Positions 50,900-64,000 of a stretch of 64,000 bases of DNA are shown here, one piece after another. The DNA is from Octopus sinensis. Lineage: Eukaryota. The translations under genes were made by a program, and so were the position numbers. Position 1 is the first letter of the stretch. The number at the start of each line of letters is the position of its first letter. The notes beneath the pieces are model-generated. The model made no database searches and was not told the origin of the DNA. It saw only the letters and a program-made list of their open reading frames with translations. The stretch covers positions 16,244,001-16,308,000 of the forward strand of contig NC_043015.1 in the NCBI RefSeq assembly GCF_006345805.1. The letters are read 5' to 3'.

Positions 50900-51279
50900 T
50901 ATGTATTAAATTTTAATAAATTCTTTACAGAATAATGTACAAAATACCAGATTCATAAAAAATGATTCAATGCCTTTCTTTCAGGGAAGCAAATGCTTTC
51001 CAAAATATAAATTAGATAATTATTAATGGTGATTGGTGCAGCAGTAAAATATAGGCATTTCACATCATGAAACTAGTTTGGATCTTTGGATTGAACTTCA
51101 AATGAGATTAGTAAGAATGTATATTTTCCTATTTTCCCTTCTCACTATCTCCAAAAATTATAATTACTGTTGATATCATCTTCTCAGCAGTACTTTTGTT
51201 TGTGCTATAGTAAATTGCAATAAATCTGCAGTAATATTTAGTTTCCTCGGACACATAAGAGGTGCAACAATATCAAAGG

Positions 51280-51625
51280 AAGGCTAATTAGGGAGATAGT
51301 TTTTGTATGTGGCAGATGCTCAGGTGCTATAAACACTGAAAATGTACAGAGAACAGTTTCTGTTACATTCCAGGGAGAAAAACTACAAGTAGTTGATAGC
51401 TTCCATTACCTAGGGGACCAAGTCAGTAGTTGGGGTGGATGCTCTGAAAGTGTAGCTGCTAGAATAAGAATAGCCTGGGCAAAGTTCAGAGAGCTCCTAC
51501 CTCTACTGGTGAAAAAGGGCCTCTCACTCAGAGTAAAAGGTAGACTGTATGACGCATGTGTACAAACAAACATGCTACATGGCAGTGAAACATGGGCCAT
51601 GACTGCTGAGGAAATGCATATTCTC
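51280..51625 (+). mobile_element. RTE LINE RT fragment
   Basis: VVDSFHYLGDQVSSWGGCSESVAARIRIAWAKFRELLPLLVKKGLSLRVKGRLYDACVQTNMLHGSETW. Confidence 0.9.
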
Positions 51626-51976
51626 ATTTGCCTTTGGTATAATACTTATAATTGTACAAAAGACTTTCCCTGTTGGTTTAATGTATTATCAGTGTATCCA
51701 AATCACTAACTCACTGTAATAGGTGTCAGAGAGTGCATTTCGACTGCACAAGACAGAAGAATGGAGTAAGAACAGCAGTTTTCATCCTGTCTCAATAGCA
51801 TACAATCTTGAGACAAAATTAAAAAGGAAGGCATAACGATGCAACACTAACAAGAAAGTTTAGATGATTAATTTTGCAAAAGAGAAAAATATTATACTGA
51901 ATTTTCATCAGTACATTATTGCTATTTAAATTATGAACATAAGAAAAATAAAAGGTCAAGTAGACCTAATACTAAC

Positions 51977-52130
51977 CATCATCATCTTCCACAAACACTT
52001 TTTCTGACAGAAAACCACAGAGCTGAGCCTGAAGGTTCTTATCTGGTTCATAGATGAGAGCTTTTAGTAAAGCATTCTCTCCAAGATGCTTGCTGAAAAC
52101 GATTAGCAAGTCACAGATAGTTATATAAGC
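51977..52130 (-). CDS. STAG1/2: Cohesin subunit SA internal exon
   Basis: tttcag acceptor, 154 nt, AYITICDLLIVFSKHLGENALLKALIYEPDKNLQAQLCGFLSEKVFVEDDD, donor gttagt; matches STAG AF.LLCDLL.IFS...LQSELL.F..DHVF. Confidence 0.92.
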
Positions 52131-52659
52131 CTGAAAATAAAGAAATATCATTCATGAAATTCATGTTAATATCTAACCACTTTGCATTTAGAAAAACTCC
52201 TATGTTTACTCTCACTCCTTCCTGTCACATCCTCACTTGCACAGATTGAGTAGAACATATACTGATGCTGTTGTGTGTCTTAATGATATGACAAACCCAA
52301 CAACATAGAAGCAATACATAATTACCGAAAGGAACAAGCAATTTAAGTAACAATTTACAAGTTATTTGCTCACATGCACACACATACTAATATTTTTATA
52401 TCAATCTATTTATAATGGTACCTATTTTCCAGCAAGACTAACAGAAAGGAAGACTTACTTAATAAGAGGCTACCAGAAAATATAGTTATGTAATTTTCTT
52501 AAGGAATCACTAGTCGACCAGATGGTTATTATATGTTATTATATAATAAAACTAGTTATAATGTTATTATATGTTTATTATATAATAAAACTAGTGTGTT
52601 CTGCCCTTGAAGTTTACTTCTTTCTCATTAGTAGTTAGTAGTAGTAGTAATGACATTAA

Positions 52660-53204
52660 CCCTCTTAGACCTGGGCCCCAGTGTCTAACTTAACCCTCTG
52701 CCTGGGCTCCTGAGCAAAAAAATAAATAGTTGTATATACAGCTCAAGAGTTATGATCACAAAAAATTTAGGAAAATAACAATATTAGACCGATCTCTCAA
52801 CTACTGTATTGGCTCACACAAATAGCTATTTTCCTCATCACTTTCACCAGTTCGATTGTCAAATCACCCTCATTGCTGGAGTAAGTGTAAACCTTAATAA
52901 TTTCCTCAAGTGCAAAGAGTCTAGGTCTTGTTCATTTCAAGGCAGAGTCCTGGGTTCATGACAAAATGTTTTTTTTCACCAATTAAAAACAAAAGTAACC
53001 AACAGTTATGGGGGACACCATAACCAACAACTATGGGGGACATCATTAACAAACACACTTGACTACAAAGCTACAACGTGATCAGTTGTCTGATTTTAGT
53101 ATTTTATCATCTATTTGTGTGTTGTTTATTACCACTTTACCAAGAATCTGGCAGAGAGGACATTTAAACTAATCTTGCTATAGCAGAAACATGGTATGAC
53201 AGGG
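52660..53204. mobile_element. Possible piggyBac-type MITE
   Basis: ttaa-ccct at 52656-52663 (again at 52690) and aggg-ttaa at 53201-53208; TIR match only 4 bp. Confidence 0.25.
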
Positions 53205-53515
53205 TTAACCTGTGTAAACAATATGCTTCAGCTTTATGCAAATATCCGAGACTATGTAAAAATTAAAAAAAAAGAAGTGTAAGAAAATAAATTTTAATTT
53301 AAGGGTATTTTCCTAAGTTCAAAATATGCTGTAACTCTTAAAATCCTTTGAAGTCACTGTAATGTAAAATGCTCATTTACTCACAAATAAAAATCAAACA
53401 AAGTCATTTCAACAAAATTGTTCAATACTTATCACATATTGGAGTAGTAAATAAAATGAATGATCTGATCTTCTCTAATCAAAGGTGACTAATTCTATTG
53501 AAGTGAGTGCAGGAC

Positions 53516-53805
53516 CATCATCATCATTTAACATCCGTTTTCCATGCTGGTATGGGTTGGATGGTTTGACTGAAAACTGGTAAGCTGAGGAGCTCCACCA
53601 AGTTCCAATCTAATTTGGGATGGTTTCTACAGCAGATGCCCTTTCTAATGCCAACCACTACAAGAGTGTAGTGGGTGCTTTTTATGTGCCACTTACAAAA
53701 CACCACTATCAGCCATGATTGCAATTTCACTTGGCTTGATAGGTCTTCTCCTCAAGCATGGTACATTGCCAAAGGTCTCAGTCATTTGTCACTGTCTCTG
53801 TGAGA
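53516..53805 (-). mobile_element. RTE 3' tail fragment
   Basis: Same module as 2605-2915. Confidence 0.8.
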
Positions 53806-54249
53806 CCAAAAGTTGTAAATTGAAAACTTTATGAAAGACCATTACAACTGAAGATTACATTGCGTGGATTTGAGATTTTGGGGAACCTCATAACTCATTG
53901 GATACTGGATACAGAGACACCACTGGAAGCTTCCTCTTCATGTAGTTTACAAAGGACAAGTCAGCCAGGTGAAGTACATTCTTCTCTCAGCGATATTCTT
54001 AACATAAGAAGTAAAACATTTGTCAATTTTACATTACTCTTACCAGAGATGAGTAGTATGAGCCAGTCATTGACTGGAATATTGAGACTTAAATGTTTAG
54101 GAAGGAACCAGCTTATAGAGCCTTTTACTGGTAATCTACACTAGTAATTCAGTCAAGGGTGACACACACTAATAAAATATTTTAAACTTCAAAGTAAATG
54201 ACAATACAAATTTAAGAAAGATTGAAAGATTGTCCTGGTAGAGTGAGAT

Positions 54250-57170
54250 TGTGTGTCGACACTGTATTCATCTGTTTCCAAATAGTACACGTGCAAAGTG
54301 GGGAGAAATTGTCTCCAACAATTTAACGTTCTCTACAAGTGGATATTCCTATTTCTGAGATGTTGATGATGCAGCATTGTGCTTCCGATATTCTGGAGGA
54401 ATTCAGGTAGAATGTTTCCCACTGTCAATGATCTTGAAAATTTAAATATTCACTCATGAGGGGATGTGTTGGTAGCTGTACAGAGGAGTCCTCTCATGGC
54501 TGATGGAAAGGACGACTAACCACTGTCCTTTATCTAGTTGTAGTGAGCTAAGTGCTAGATTTATGGTCTTCATAAGGGTACCCTTGACCCTTTCACATTG
54601 GCCATTACCTTGAGGTCAAGAGGGAGATATTCTAGTTTTTATTGTCCTATTAGCATGAAGGAAGTCTTGGAGCTTCTTATTATCAAATTGGGTTCCTCTG
54701 TCAGTGGATACAACTTGGTGATCCAAGCAACGAAAAGAGATTGAGCAGGTGGGGAATTACTCTTTCAGTATTCATGTCATTGCATGGGTATGTGAATGGA
54801 TACCTTGGTATTGTGTGGTTGATGGCAGGGGGTCGACAAAGTCAGCGGAGAGGCGCTCCCAAGGTCTTGATGCCTGTATTAACTGATACATTAGAGGAAG
54901 TGAGGTTTGAGTTTAATATATGTAGAACAACTGAGTGCCATTTCGAAGATTTCATTGAGGGAGAACGGCAGGTTTCATACTTTACGGTAGTGAAGGTGGC
55001 ACAGTTGTTTGTGAAGGGTTATTAGTGCTGTTGTGTCTCTTATTGCTGCACATTTTGGCAGTGCATCAGCTGCTTTGTTTTGAGTTCCTATAGGAGATTG
55101 TGTAATTTATGTCTGAGAGGTCCAAACGCCAGCGTATGAATCTTTCATTTTTTATGTCCCTTGTTTATTGAAGATCATCGCCACCGAGTGTTGATCGGTG
55201 ACGATGTTGCAGTATGGGGAAATATGTATTAGGTGGCACCATTTGCAACAACATTCTACGATTGTGCAGGCTTCTGTCTCAACAATGGATTGGTGTTTTT
55301 CTGTTTTTGAAAGGGATCTTGAATAGAAGGCCACTGGCCTTCCCTGTTGTGATAGCATCCCTCCCAAGGCTAGGTCAGAAGCATCTGTTTCGATGGTAAG
55401 TGGTATTCCAGGTTGTAGAACAGCAAGTATGGCATTTACCAATGCAGTCTTTAGGGATGTGATTGCTGTTTTTGTTTCTTCTGACAGTCCTGCTTTGTTG
55501 CTATTCCTTCTGGCTCTTGTAAGTGGAATGGTGAGTCTGGAGCACTTAGGTATCCACTTTGCATAATATGCAAAAATGCCTTTTATTCGATTTGGTTCTC
55601 TCAATGTTCTGGCATATCTAGCAGAACTCAAAACCTTTTAGGGCCAGGTTTTATTGTTAAATTTCCAATATGTCCAAGGAAGCTGATTTGCTTGTTGAGA
55701 GAATTGGCTCTTGCTCTTATTGATGGTCATGCCAGATGTTTCAGCTGCCTGGATAAATCTCCTGAGGTTATTGTCATATTCATGATCTTTGCCAGCTATG
55801 ATGATGTCATGTAGATAGGCAAAAGTTTTTGAAGATTGTTTCTTTTTATGAATTCATCCATGACATGCTGGAAAATTGCTGTGGCATTGGTACAACCAAA
55901 TGGGAGGCATTTAAACTTGTACAGTCTCCCCACTGCTTCAAATGCTGTCAGTTTATAGTGTTTGGGTAGACGTTCCACCAGATGATATGCAGCTGTCATA
56001 TCTATGTTGCTGAAAATCTTGTTTGCCACTACTTCATTTAGAAGATCATTGATCCAGTGGGTAGGGTAGGCATCTAGTTGTGTGTAGATATTTATAGTGT
56101 TCGCGTAGTCGATCACCAGTTTTTCCTTCCTTCCATTAGATGTCACGAAGCAGTGAGCTCACCAGGGACTAAAGCTTTCTTGAATTATGTCCCCTGAAAA
56201 TAACCTATTTCATGCTTAATAAACTCTGTGCCTCTAGGACTGCATCTTGAAGTTGGTGTAATTGGTTTTAGCTTAGAGGTCTTAATGCCAGGAAGTAGCT
56301 TGTATGCGATGCATTTTAGGTTTGACATGGACATGCAGAATGACACAGGCTTGAGTATACCCTTGAAGTCAATTGTAACTGCAGAGTGTTGACTGAGGAT
56401 ATCGATTTTGATGATGACCAGTGCTACAAGATGGTCAGCCACAAGGAAATTAGTGTTATATGTGTAATTTCCCAGTTGTAGTTTGCTACTGAATTTGCCT
56501 TTAATTTCCAGTGCTGTGTTGTTGGCCAAGTTAACTTTTTCTGGGCAGGCATGATTGTATTGTAATCCTCAGACTGCAAGAAATTTTGCTTCTATAAATG
56601 TCCTGTCAGAACCCATGTCAAGAAGGGCTTGTGTATTGTTGTCCTTAATTTTAATGGGAACCAGCCGTCCTGTACCATTTGTTACTGTTAAAATGGTGGA
56701 TGATAAGGTTCCATCACTGTTTTCCTCTCAGGCTCTGTGATTGCTGCAGTTTCAGGGAAGTTTTGTTTGTTTCTTGGTAGCTTTTTGAGAGAAGCAGACT
56801 TCCTTCCAATGGCCTTTCTTCTGACACCTTTTGCAAGTAGAGTTTCTCACCGGGCATTGATTTTTTTTTATTTATATGGCTGTCTCTACTACACCAAAAA
56901 CATGCTGATTTAGTGGCTGCAAGATGGAGTGGTTGATCAATACTAACTGAGCCTTGCGTTAGGTTGCAAGTGTCTTCAATGGCCACCTCCATGGTCTGAG
57001 CAAGCTTATAGAGTGTTTCTAAGCTGTCATCTGATGACTCGAGAAGTCTTTGTCTGATTGATGGTGATTAAAGCTCAGCCACAAAAGCATCACCAATTAG
57101 AATTTTTCAGTTAAGGTCTGCTGTTAGGGCTTGGATTTTACACTTCTGGGCCAGCACCTGAAGGCTTGAT
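54250..57170 (-). mobile_element. Ty3/Gypsy internal region (gag C-term, protease, RT, RNase H, integrase), frameshifted, no LTRs seen
   Basis: gag SPSIRQRLLE; CFWC knuckle; RT KERLVIDY-type KEKLVIDYANTIN...LPFGCTNA...YLHD; RNase H IETDASDLALGGMLSQQGRPVAFYSRSL...VTDQHS. Confidence 0.92.
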
Positions 57171-57310
57171 GTACTCAATACAAAATAAGATATCTATATT
57201 TTTATCTATTATTTACTATTGTGAAAAGAAATTAATGATAGGATATTATAATTCATAACACTAATCGTTTATTTATAACAACTATTAATTGTGAATGTTA
57301 TATTATTTAC

Positions 57311-57403
57311 CTCTTCACTAACTTTGTCCTGAGAATGGAAGATTAGTTCATTACAATATCTCATCAGATCTATTAAACGGCGCTTCAACACTCGGATATT
57401 TTC
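57311..57403 (-). CDS. STAG1/2: Cohesin subunit SA internal exon
   Basis: ctccag acceptor, 93 nt, ENIRVLKRRLIDLMRYCNELIFHSQDKVSEE, donor gtaaat. Confidence 0.88.
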
Positions 57404-58279
57404 CTGGAGAAAAAAAGACAAAAAAAAAAACTATTTCTTAACAACATAATAGTTGCAGCTACTTCAATGTCAAAAGAAGATAAAAACAAAAGACCGTTCT
57501 TTATTGCACTGAAGAATTTGTAGAGGTACACAGAGAAAATAAATACACAGACAAAATAACGTAGTACAGGGCTGATACCCTTTAAAAATCATTGGACATC
57601 AGCTTTTTCATCATCATTTTAAGTTTCTATGCTTACATAGGTCAGGCAGATTTTCTATGACCAAATACCCTTCCTATCACCAACCTTCACCTGTTTCCAA
57701 GCAAATAATTCCCTATGGCCAGACATGTTTCCATAGAAGACTGGAAATTAACAACAAATGCTGGCATGACAGACACTCTAACATCTGTAACTACCACGTG
57801 ATATCAAGACAAAGACAGACACATATAACAGGCTTCTTTCAGTTCCCATCTAGCAAATCTATTTATAATGTTTTGGCCACCCTGGAGCTATATTAAATGG
57901 CACTGGCCCAAGATGCTACATAGTGGGATTAAACACAAAACCACATGATTGGGAAGCAAACGTCTAAACTACACAGTCATGTAGGTACCTAGAGTTTTAT
58001 GTTTTGTATAATTTTTATGGATTATGACATAATGAACCAAGTCAATCAGCATTATCTAGTTCTTCATTAAATACTTTATGTTGAAATATCTTCGTCTTTA
58101 CTTCTATGTGTTCTAACTTCCATAAGAAGTTAAAACATTAACACAAACAGTTTCCTAGTGAGCTAAGTACATTCACAAATCATTATTCAGTTGTTATATC
58201 ATTTATTCTCAATGATGATGATGATGATTGCAACATCAGTAAGGTATGATAGTCAATTAGGTAGAGCTAACAAGAAAAG

Positions 58280-58760
58280 TTAATTTGTTCCCAGGATTTT
58301 TTGATCACATTGAACAAATTATTGAGATTTGATGGTTTCTGAGCAGTGATGTTATGATCAAACGTTGTTCCAGAGACCTAATTTTTTCATCAGACATAAC
58401 TTTTGAACTGAACATATGGTATGTTTGAGTTGTCATACACCAGGTGAGAGAATTATTGGTTGCTTTCATATCTACATTGTTGCACCTAGCATATTAGCAA
58501 TCAATTTGAACAAGATTTTATATTTTTTATGTCTTTGGTCAGAGTTATTTCCTATTTGCTTCTATCTAGAAATCAAAGAGAATGACTACGCTTCCCTTCA
58601 AACTTTGCTTTTGGTACCTGAACATCAATGCTTTGAAACTGACTTATTTTCCATAACATTTCAGACAGAATCAGTGCTGAGTTGCTGAAGCAAAAATATC
58701 ATGATAATATATGCATCTCTGATCATAAGTAGTGGAGGAGCATCATGTTGAGAGGGATTC
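58280..58760 (-). mobile_element. Possible highly degraded Tc1-like remnant
   Basis: - strand QKPSNLNNLFNVIKKSWEQI resembles the Tc1 C-terminal P.NL.EL...I...W..I; catalytic motifs not recovered. Confidence 0.25.
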
Positions 58761-59336
58761 TTTGGGGTTTGAATACATATTGTAACAAAAGCAAAGTTTG
58801 AAGAAAATATTAGCCATTTTTCATACTTTCTATTTTTAAGCAAATAGGAAATAATAGTTCCTACCAATGCGAAAAATTGTGTAACAGTGTTATCAATTTA
58901 AACAAGATTATACAATTTGTGTGGAATCAAATCACCTGTTTTAAGTATTTATTAATTTCTTTACAATACCATTTGTATTGATAACTGATTACATTTGAAA
59001 ACTTTATACATTCTTTTTTAGTTTAGGAACTGGCTCTTTCCAGTTTGCAACCATGACACTGATGCACAACACACACACTTTTATTTGCAAAGACCTAGAC
59101 AAGAGGGTTATGAATAATACAAAATAGGTTCTTTGTTTTTGCATTCAAACAACAAAGGAAACCAATAAAACCTATTTTTGAAACAAAAATCCCAATGCTG
59201 ACTGTCTTTGGTGTTTCTTAACATTTTAATCAAGTATACTGAAAACATGTTTTATTGAAGGACATACACAGTGTCCCATTCAGAATTCATACAACAAAGC
59301 TTTCTCAAACGGTATTTACTACAGAGTTTAACATAC

Positions 59337-59417
59337 CTTATCAGGGTTGTTTTCATCAAGTTTCTGTAACCACCACATAATTGCCATTGAGCAGGTTGAA
59401 ATTGCCTTACATATAAC
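59337..59417 (-). CDS. STAG1/2: Cohesin subunit SA internal exon
   Basis: ctgtag acceptor, 81 nt, VICKAISTCSMAIMWWLQKLDENNPDK, donor gtatgt; phase 0/0 matches neighbours. Confidence 0.88.
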
Positions 59418-59871
59418 CTACAGTGGTAAATAGTTTCATTTAAATATACTCAAAGAAAAAGCATTTATATGCACAAACTACTACAAAATATAACAAAGAT
59501 AAATATTATGACCTCAACTTGGGCTCCTATTAACTTAGTCACAAACATTTGTATTTTACAAATTACACAAAGAAATGCTCTCTACATAATAAACTGCACC
59601 TATTGATTACTCAAACAATAAAACCAAAATATTGAAATTCAAAGACAAACTGAATATACATAAAGTACAATGTAGGACTACTTTAACTTTTATAGTAACA
59701 AGCCTACCTCCAATAGCTAAATACATAGGAAACACATCAGAATATTACAGAAACGAAACCCCATAACTCTCCCAACCCATTCGATCTTAACATATCAGTA
59801 GCCAGTTCTTCAACATCATTGTAATCTTTCTTGGATTAATTACAGCAATTTTTTTTCCTCAGATGGTGGCA

Positions 59872-60050
59872 ATCACCATCATCATTATTTAATGTGCATT
59901 GGCTGGGCAGTTTGACAGATTCCAAAGAATCCATCATGTTCCAATATCTGAATTTGTATGGTTTCTACATCTGGATGCACTTATCAATGCCAACCACTTT
60001 ACAGCAGGTACTGGGAGCTTTGTTCATGCCATCTGCACTATTGAGGTCAC
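59872..60050 (-). mobile_element. RTE 3' tail fragment, diverged
   Basis: catcatcattatttaatgtgc...ctggatgcacttatcaatgccaaccact. Confidence 0.65.
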
Positions 60051-60544
60051 CAAGCAGCTCACAGGTCAACAAACACCTGGGAAGGTGGGGGGGGGTCAGC
60101 TTCATACAAAGAGACAGGAGAGTTCAAACATTAAAACATGAGAGAAGAAGGATGGGTGGTCAGAGCAGGTTACTGAAGGAGAAAAGAGAAATGATCTGTA
60201 GGAGCTGCAAAGAGATAGATAATGGCGATGAGGTATCTATATGGTCCAACAAGGCACAAGGTGAGTAGAAGTAGGTGGGTGGTTTGCAGGAATGTATGGG
60301 GAACTGGAATTAAGTGGGGTAGGGAGGTAAATTGTAAAATTTGGATTGAGGGTTAAAGGGTAAATGAACAATGTTCAGTTTCTAAAATTCTCAATTGATT
60401 TTTCTTGAATATCATGTTATATATATATATGAACATGTGTATATCTATTTGTAGATAGATGTGTGTGTGTGTGCGCATATATGTGTATATCTGTGTGTGT
60501 ATCATCATCATCGTTTAGCATCCGCTTTCCATGCTAGCATGGGT

Positions 60545-60702
60545 TGTGTAAATGACCAATTATTTTGGTTGATTTATGTGCCTGATGAAGAAAGACTGGG
60601 CTGAGTGGCAAGACACTGCCTAAACCATGGTAAAAACCATACATAAAATGATGATGACTTACCATGAGTTTGTGAATGTATAAAACATTGTTAAATAACT
60701 AT
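60545..60702 (+). repeat. Direct repeat copy 1 flanking the RTE
   Basis: Matches 62958-63091 apart from a few substitutions and a 24-bp indel. Confidence 0.9.
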
Positions 60703-60704
60703 TC

Positions 60705-62935
60705 ATAAATCATGATCATGATCATTAAGCGTCCATTTGTCCAAGCTGGCATGGATTGGACAGTTTGACCGGGGCTGGTAAGCTAAGGTGCTGCACCAGA
60801 CTCCTGTCTGCCTTGGGATGGTTTCTATGGCTGGATGCCCTTCCTAACACCAACCACTCCAAGAGTATATTGGGTGCTTTTAGGTGCCAGTTACGTGACA
60901 CCAGTATCTGCCATGACTATGATCTCACTTGGCTTAATGGATCTTCCTTCTCAAGCACAGCACATTGCCAAACGTCTCGGTTACTTGCCATTGCCTCTGT
61001 AAGGCCCAGCACTCGAAAAGTGCTTTTTATGTGCCATTGGTATGGGTGCCAATTACATGACACCTACAACTATGATTTCACTTGGCTTGACAGGCTTTCT
61101 CAAGCATAGCATATCACCAAAGGTCTCAGTCACTAGTCATTACCTGAATGAGGCTCAATGTTTGAAGAACATGCTTCACCACCTCATCCCATGTCTTCCT
61201 GGGTTTCCCTCTTCCACAGCTTCCTTCCACTGATAGATATCAGCACTTATTACATAGCTGTCCAAATCCATATGCATCATATGGCCATACCAACGTAGTC
61301 GTCTCTCTTGCACACCACATCTGATGCCTCTTATGCCCAACTTTTCACTCAAGACGTTTACACTCTATTGTGCATACAAACTGACATTGCGCATCCAGTG
61401 AAGCATACTAGCTTCATTTCTTTCAAGCCTACACATGTCCTTGGCAGTCACAGCCCATGCCTCACTATTGTATAACATGGCTTTTCGCACACAGCATCAT
61501 ACACTCTGAGCAAGAGGCCCTTTGTTACCAACAGAGGTAAGAGCTCTCTGAACTTTGCCCAGGCTATTCTTAATCTCTCAGCTATGCCCTCAGAGCAACC
61601 ACCTCTGCTACTGACTTGGTCACCTAGGTAACAGAAGCTATCAACTACAACTAGTCTTTCCCCCTGGCATTTGATGGAGTCTATTTTCTGTACATTTTTA
61701 GTGTTGATTTTACCTGTGCACCTTCCGCACACAAAAACTAGTTTCCCTGTTAACCTTCCTCCAATATTGCTACACCTCATGTCCACAGCTTAGACTAGGT
61801 ACATCTTATGGAGTTTCTACCTATGCCTTTTCTACAGATCAAGCAGGGCTATCTACCTGAGGGGACTTTTGATTTGTCTGCTTTCCTACTTACTAAGACT
61901 TTTTCGATTCTAGACTTTGCATCCACACCTGAAACTTCTTCTCTAGTTCTGGGAGTGATACAGCTATAAGAACAAAGTCATCAGCATAGAGGAGCTCCCA
62001 AGGGCAGCCTGTCTTAAATTTCTCTGTTATTGCCTGGAGGACTATGATGAACAAGAAGGAGCAGAGGACTTGTACCCTGAATTCTTCGCTATACCAGTTA
62101 CCTACCCTCACCTTACTGACAACATCCTTGTACATGGTTTGTACAGCTCTTACCAACCACTTGCCTATCCCTAGTTTCTGCCCACATTGACTGCCAGATA
62201 TGGGATCGGCGGAGCCTGTCTGAAGCTTTCTCCATGTCAACAAAAGCCAAGTACAGAGGTTTATCTTTGGCTATGTATTTCTCTTGCAGCCTTACCAGAA
62301 ATATAGCATCAGTGGTACTTCTCCTTAGCACAAGACCAAACTGCATCTCATCTAGACTAACTCTCTCTCTGACCCTCTCCGTGACTTTCATTACCTGATC
62401 CAACAATTTGATATCTCTGTATTTCTTTCTATCTAAAGTATCACCTTTGCCTTTGTAGCAGTTGACTATGGTGCTGCTACACCAGTCATTGGGTATGACT
62501 CCTTCGTGTACCATCTAGTTAACTATACAGGTGTCTAGACCATAACCTACACCTCAGCAGTGATTCCTGATGGGCCAAGGGCTTTTCCTGTCTTCATATC
62601 CTTAATTGCTTTATCTACCAAGCTACTGTCAATTCAGATAGCTGGTCACTCAGTTGGACCAGCATTTGGCAGACTCTCTTTCTTCCATTCATTCTCTACA
62701 TTTAGCAGCCTTTCATAATGGTGTTTCCAAGCCTCTTTCTTTGCAGAATCATTAAATGCAAGTGAACAATCATCCATGCAGACACATTTCTCTCTTATGA
62801 CATCACAATTTTCTCTCACATATTGTCTTGCAATCCAAAACACTTCAAGTCTCTGGTTCTCATGTCACAGAACATTGGCAAACATCTTTTCTGTTACTTC
62901 CCCGTCTAAATATACCTGCCTCCTGGCTATCTGAT
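60705..62935 (-). mobile_element. 5'-truncated RTE LINE (RT plus 3' UTR and (ATG)n tail), frameshifted
   Basis: IPNDWCSSTIVNCYKGKGD; QFGLVLRRSTTDAIF; LAFVDMEKA; CPWELLYADDFVLIA; SFCYLGDQVSSRGGCSE; 3' tail module at 60705-61200. Confidence 0.93.
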
Positions 62936-62957
62936 ATGATTCCCTATATAATGTGTG

Positions 62958-63091
62958 TGTGTAAATGACCAATTATTTTGGTTGCTTTATGTGCCTGATG
63001 AAGAAGGACTGGGCTGAGTGGCAAGACATACATAAAATGAAGATGACCTACCATGAGTTTGTGAATGTATAAAACATTGTTATATAACTAT
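62958..63091 (+). repeat. Direct repeat copy 2 flanking the RTE
   Basis: tgtgtaaatgaccaattattttggttg...cattgtta.ataactat. Confidence 0.9.
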
Positions 63092-63579
63092 GACAATTCA
63101 ATGAAAAATATGTTAACAACTGCAACTGTTAATGCTATAACCATTACGTTATAATTTGCAGTAATTTCCTTTTTACATAAATCAATGAAACTTCCCCTAA
63201 AGTGAAATAAAAATTCACTTCCTAAAACTTATATATGATTCAAAATTTCCTACCACCTGATTAAAAAAACCACCACAAAGTTTGCTTACTGATACTCTTT
63301 CATTACAGCTGTAAGAATGGAACCTATGAAGAGAAACTAATCAAGTGAATCAGCATAAAAATATTTTAGAAATGTTGGTTTCTTACATAGACAAAGGATT
63401 AATCTTTGTAAGAGTATATACACATATGAATTTAAATCCAGTATATTACTGGTACATATTTTATCCATGCAAAAGGGATGAAAACTGAAGAGAATGCTAA
63501 GAATACAATTACATTCTGTGATACATTTCTGAGCCATCTCAGAAATAATAAAGGAAAATCATTGAAATATAAATTCTAC

Positions 63580-63667
63580 CTCTTCAGGAATAGCATTATT
63601 TTCATTCGCTGTTTTGACAATATGAAAAACATCATCCCAAAGTTCCCAGGTATTCAGATCATGGCAA
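63580..63667 (-). CDS. STAG1/2: Cohesin subunit SA (STAG1/2 family) internal exon
   Basis: ccacag acceptor, 88 nt, CHDLNTWELWDDVFHIVKTANENNAIPEE, donor gtagaa; aligns by eye to STAG (A/C)HDLTKWDLF...GAMPEQ. Confidence 0.88.
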
Positions 63668-64000
63668 CTGTGGAGAAGAAAAATCCAACTTTTAGAATAA
63701 AAATAAATTAACAGGAATACACACATATATAAGAGAATGAGATGACAAAGGAATAAATGATTATTTTATGAACTTCATTAGCTTACAGTTGTTTCTGCTA
63801 TAAGATGCAGTGGACTCAGAAGTGAGTAAAGCTCCAATGAAGCTACAAGGTGTTACTTAGGCATTCAACTGAGTCCACTGCATCTTATAACAGAAAAAGC
63901 TGTAAGCTACTGAAGTTCATAAGATAATCTTTTATAGCTTTGTCATCTTATTTTCTTATTTCTGCTCTGTACTCAACTAACATTTCATTCTGAAGCATAT

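Noticed and set aside
59765-59845. Exon-like open stretch KKDYNDVEELATDMLRSNGLGELWGF on -
   Set aside because: Exons 63580 and 59417 join directly in phase and match STAG; no good splice sites; no homology recognised.

Overview
AT-rich, microsatellite- and transposon-dense animal genomic DNA; the SINE/RTE repeat families look like those of an octopus (inference from recognised repeat sequences). Two convergent, intron-containing genes can be reconstructed. (1) NDUFB4, complex I subunit B15, on + with 3 coding exons (11261-11422, 16599-16742, 16911-16979; 124 aa). (2) The 3' half of a cohesin SA/stromalin gene (STAG1/2 family) on -, with 13 phase-consistent exons from 63667 down to 32752, a tentative terminal exon at 32490-32537, and an inferred ~6 kb 3'UTR; its 5' part lies beyond the window. 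The rest is a TE mosaic: three tRNA-derived SINE families, many RTE LINE 3' tails and fragments, CR1/L2-type and R4-type LINE remnants, two Gypsy remnants, mariner, maT and pogo remnants, a non-autonomous Helitron, foldback elements and a Penelope-like structure. The most notable observation is an inverted copy at 21208-21636 of an SA exon end, its splice donor and the adjacent intronic SINE, ending at the SINE 3' end, which suggests SINE-primed retroposition (5' transduction) of host pre-mRNA. No CRISPR array, rRNA or bona fide tRNA gene was found. All homology calls are from memory of the families, not from database searches.
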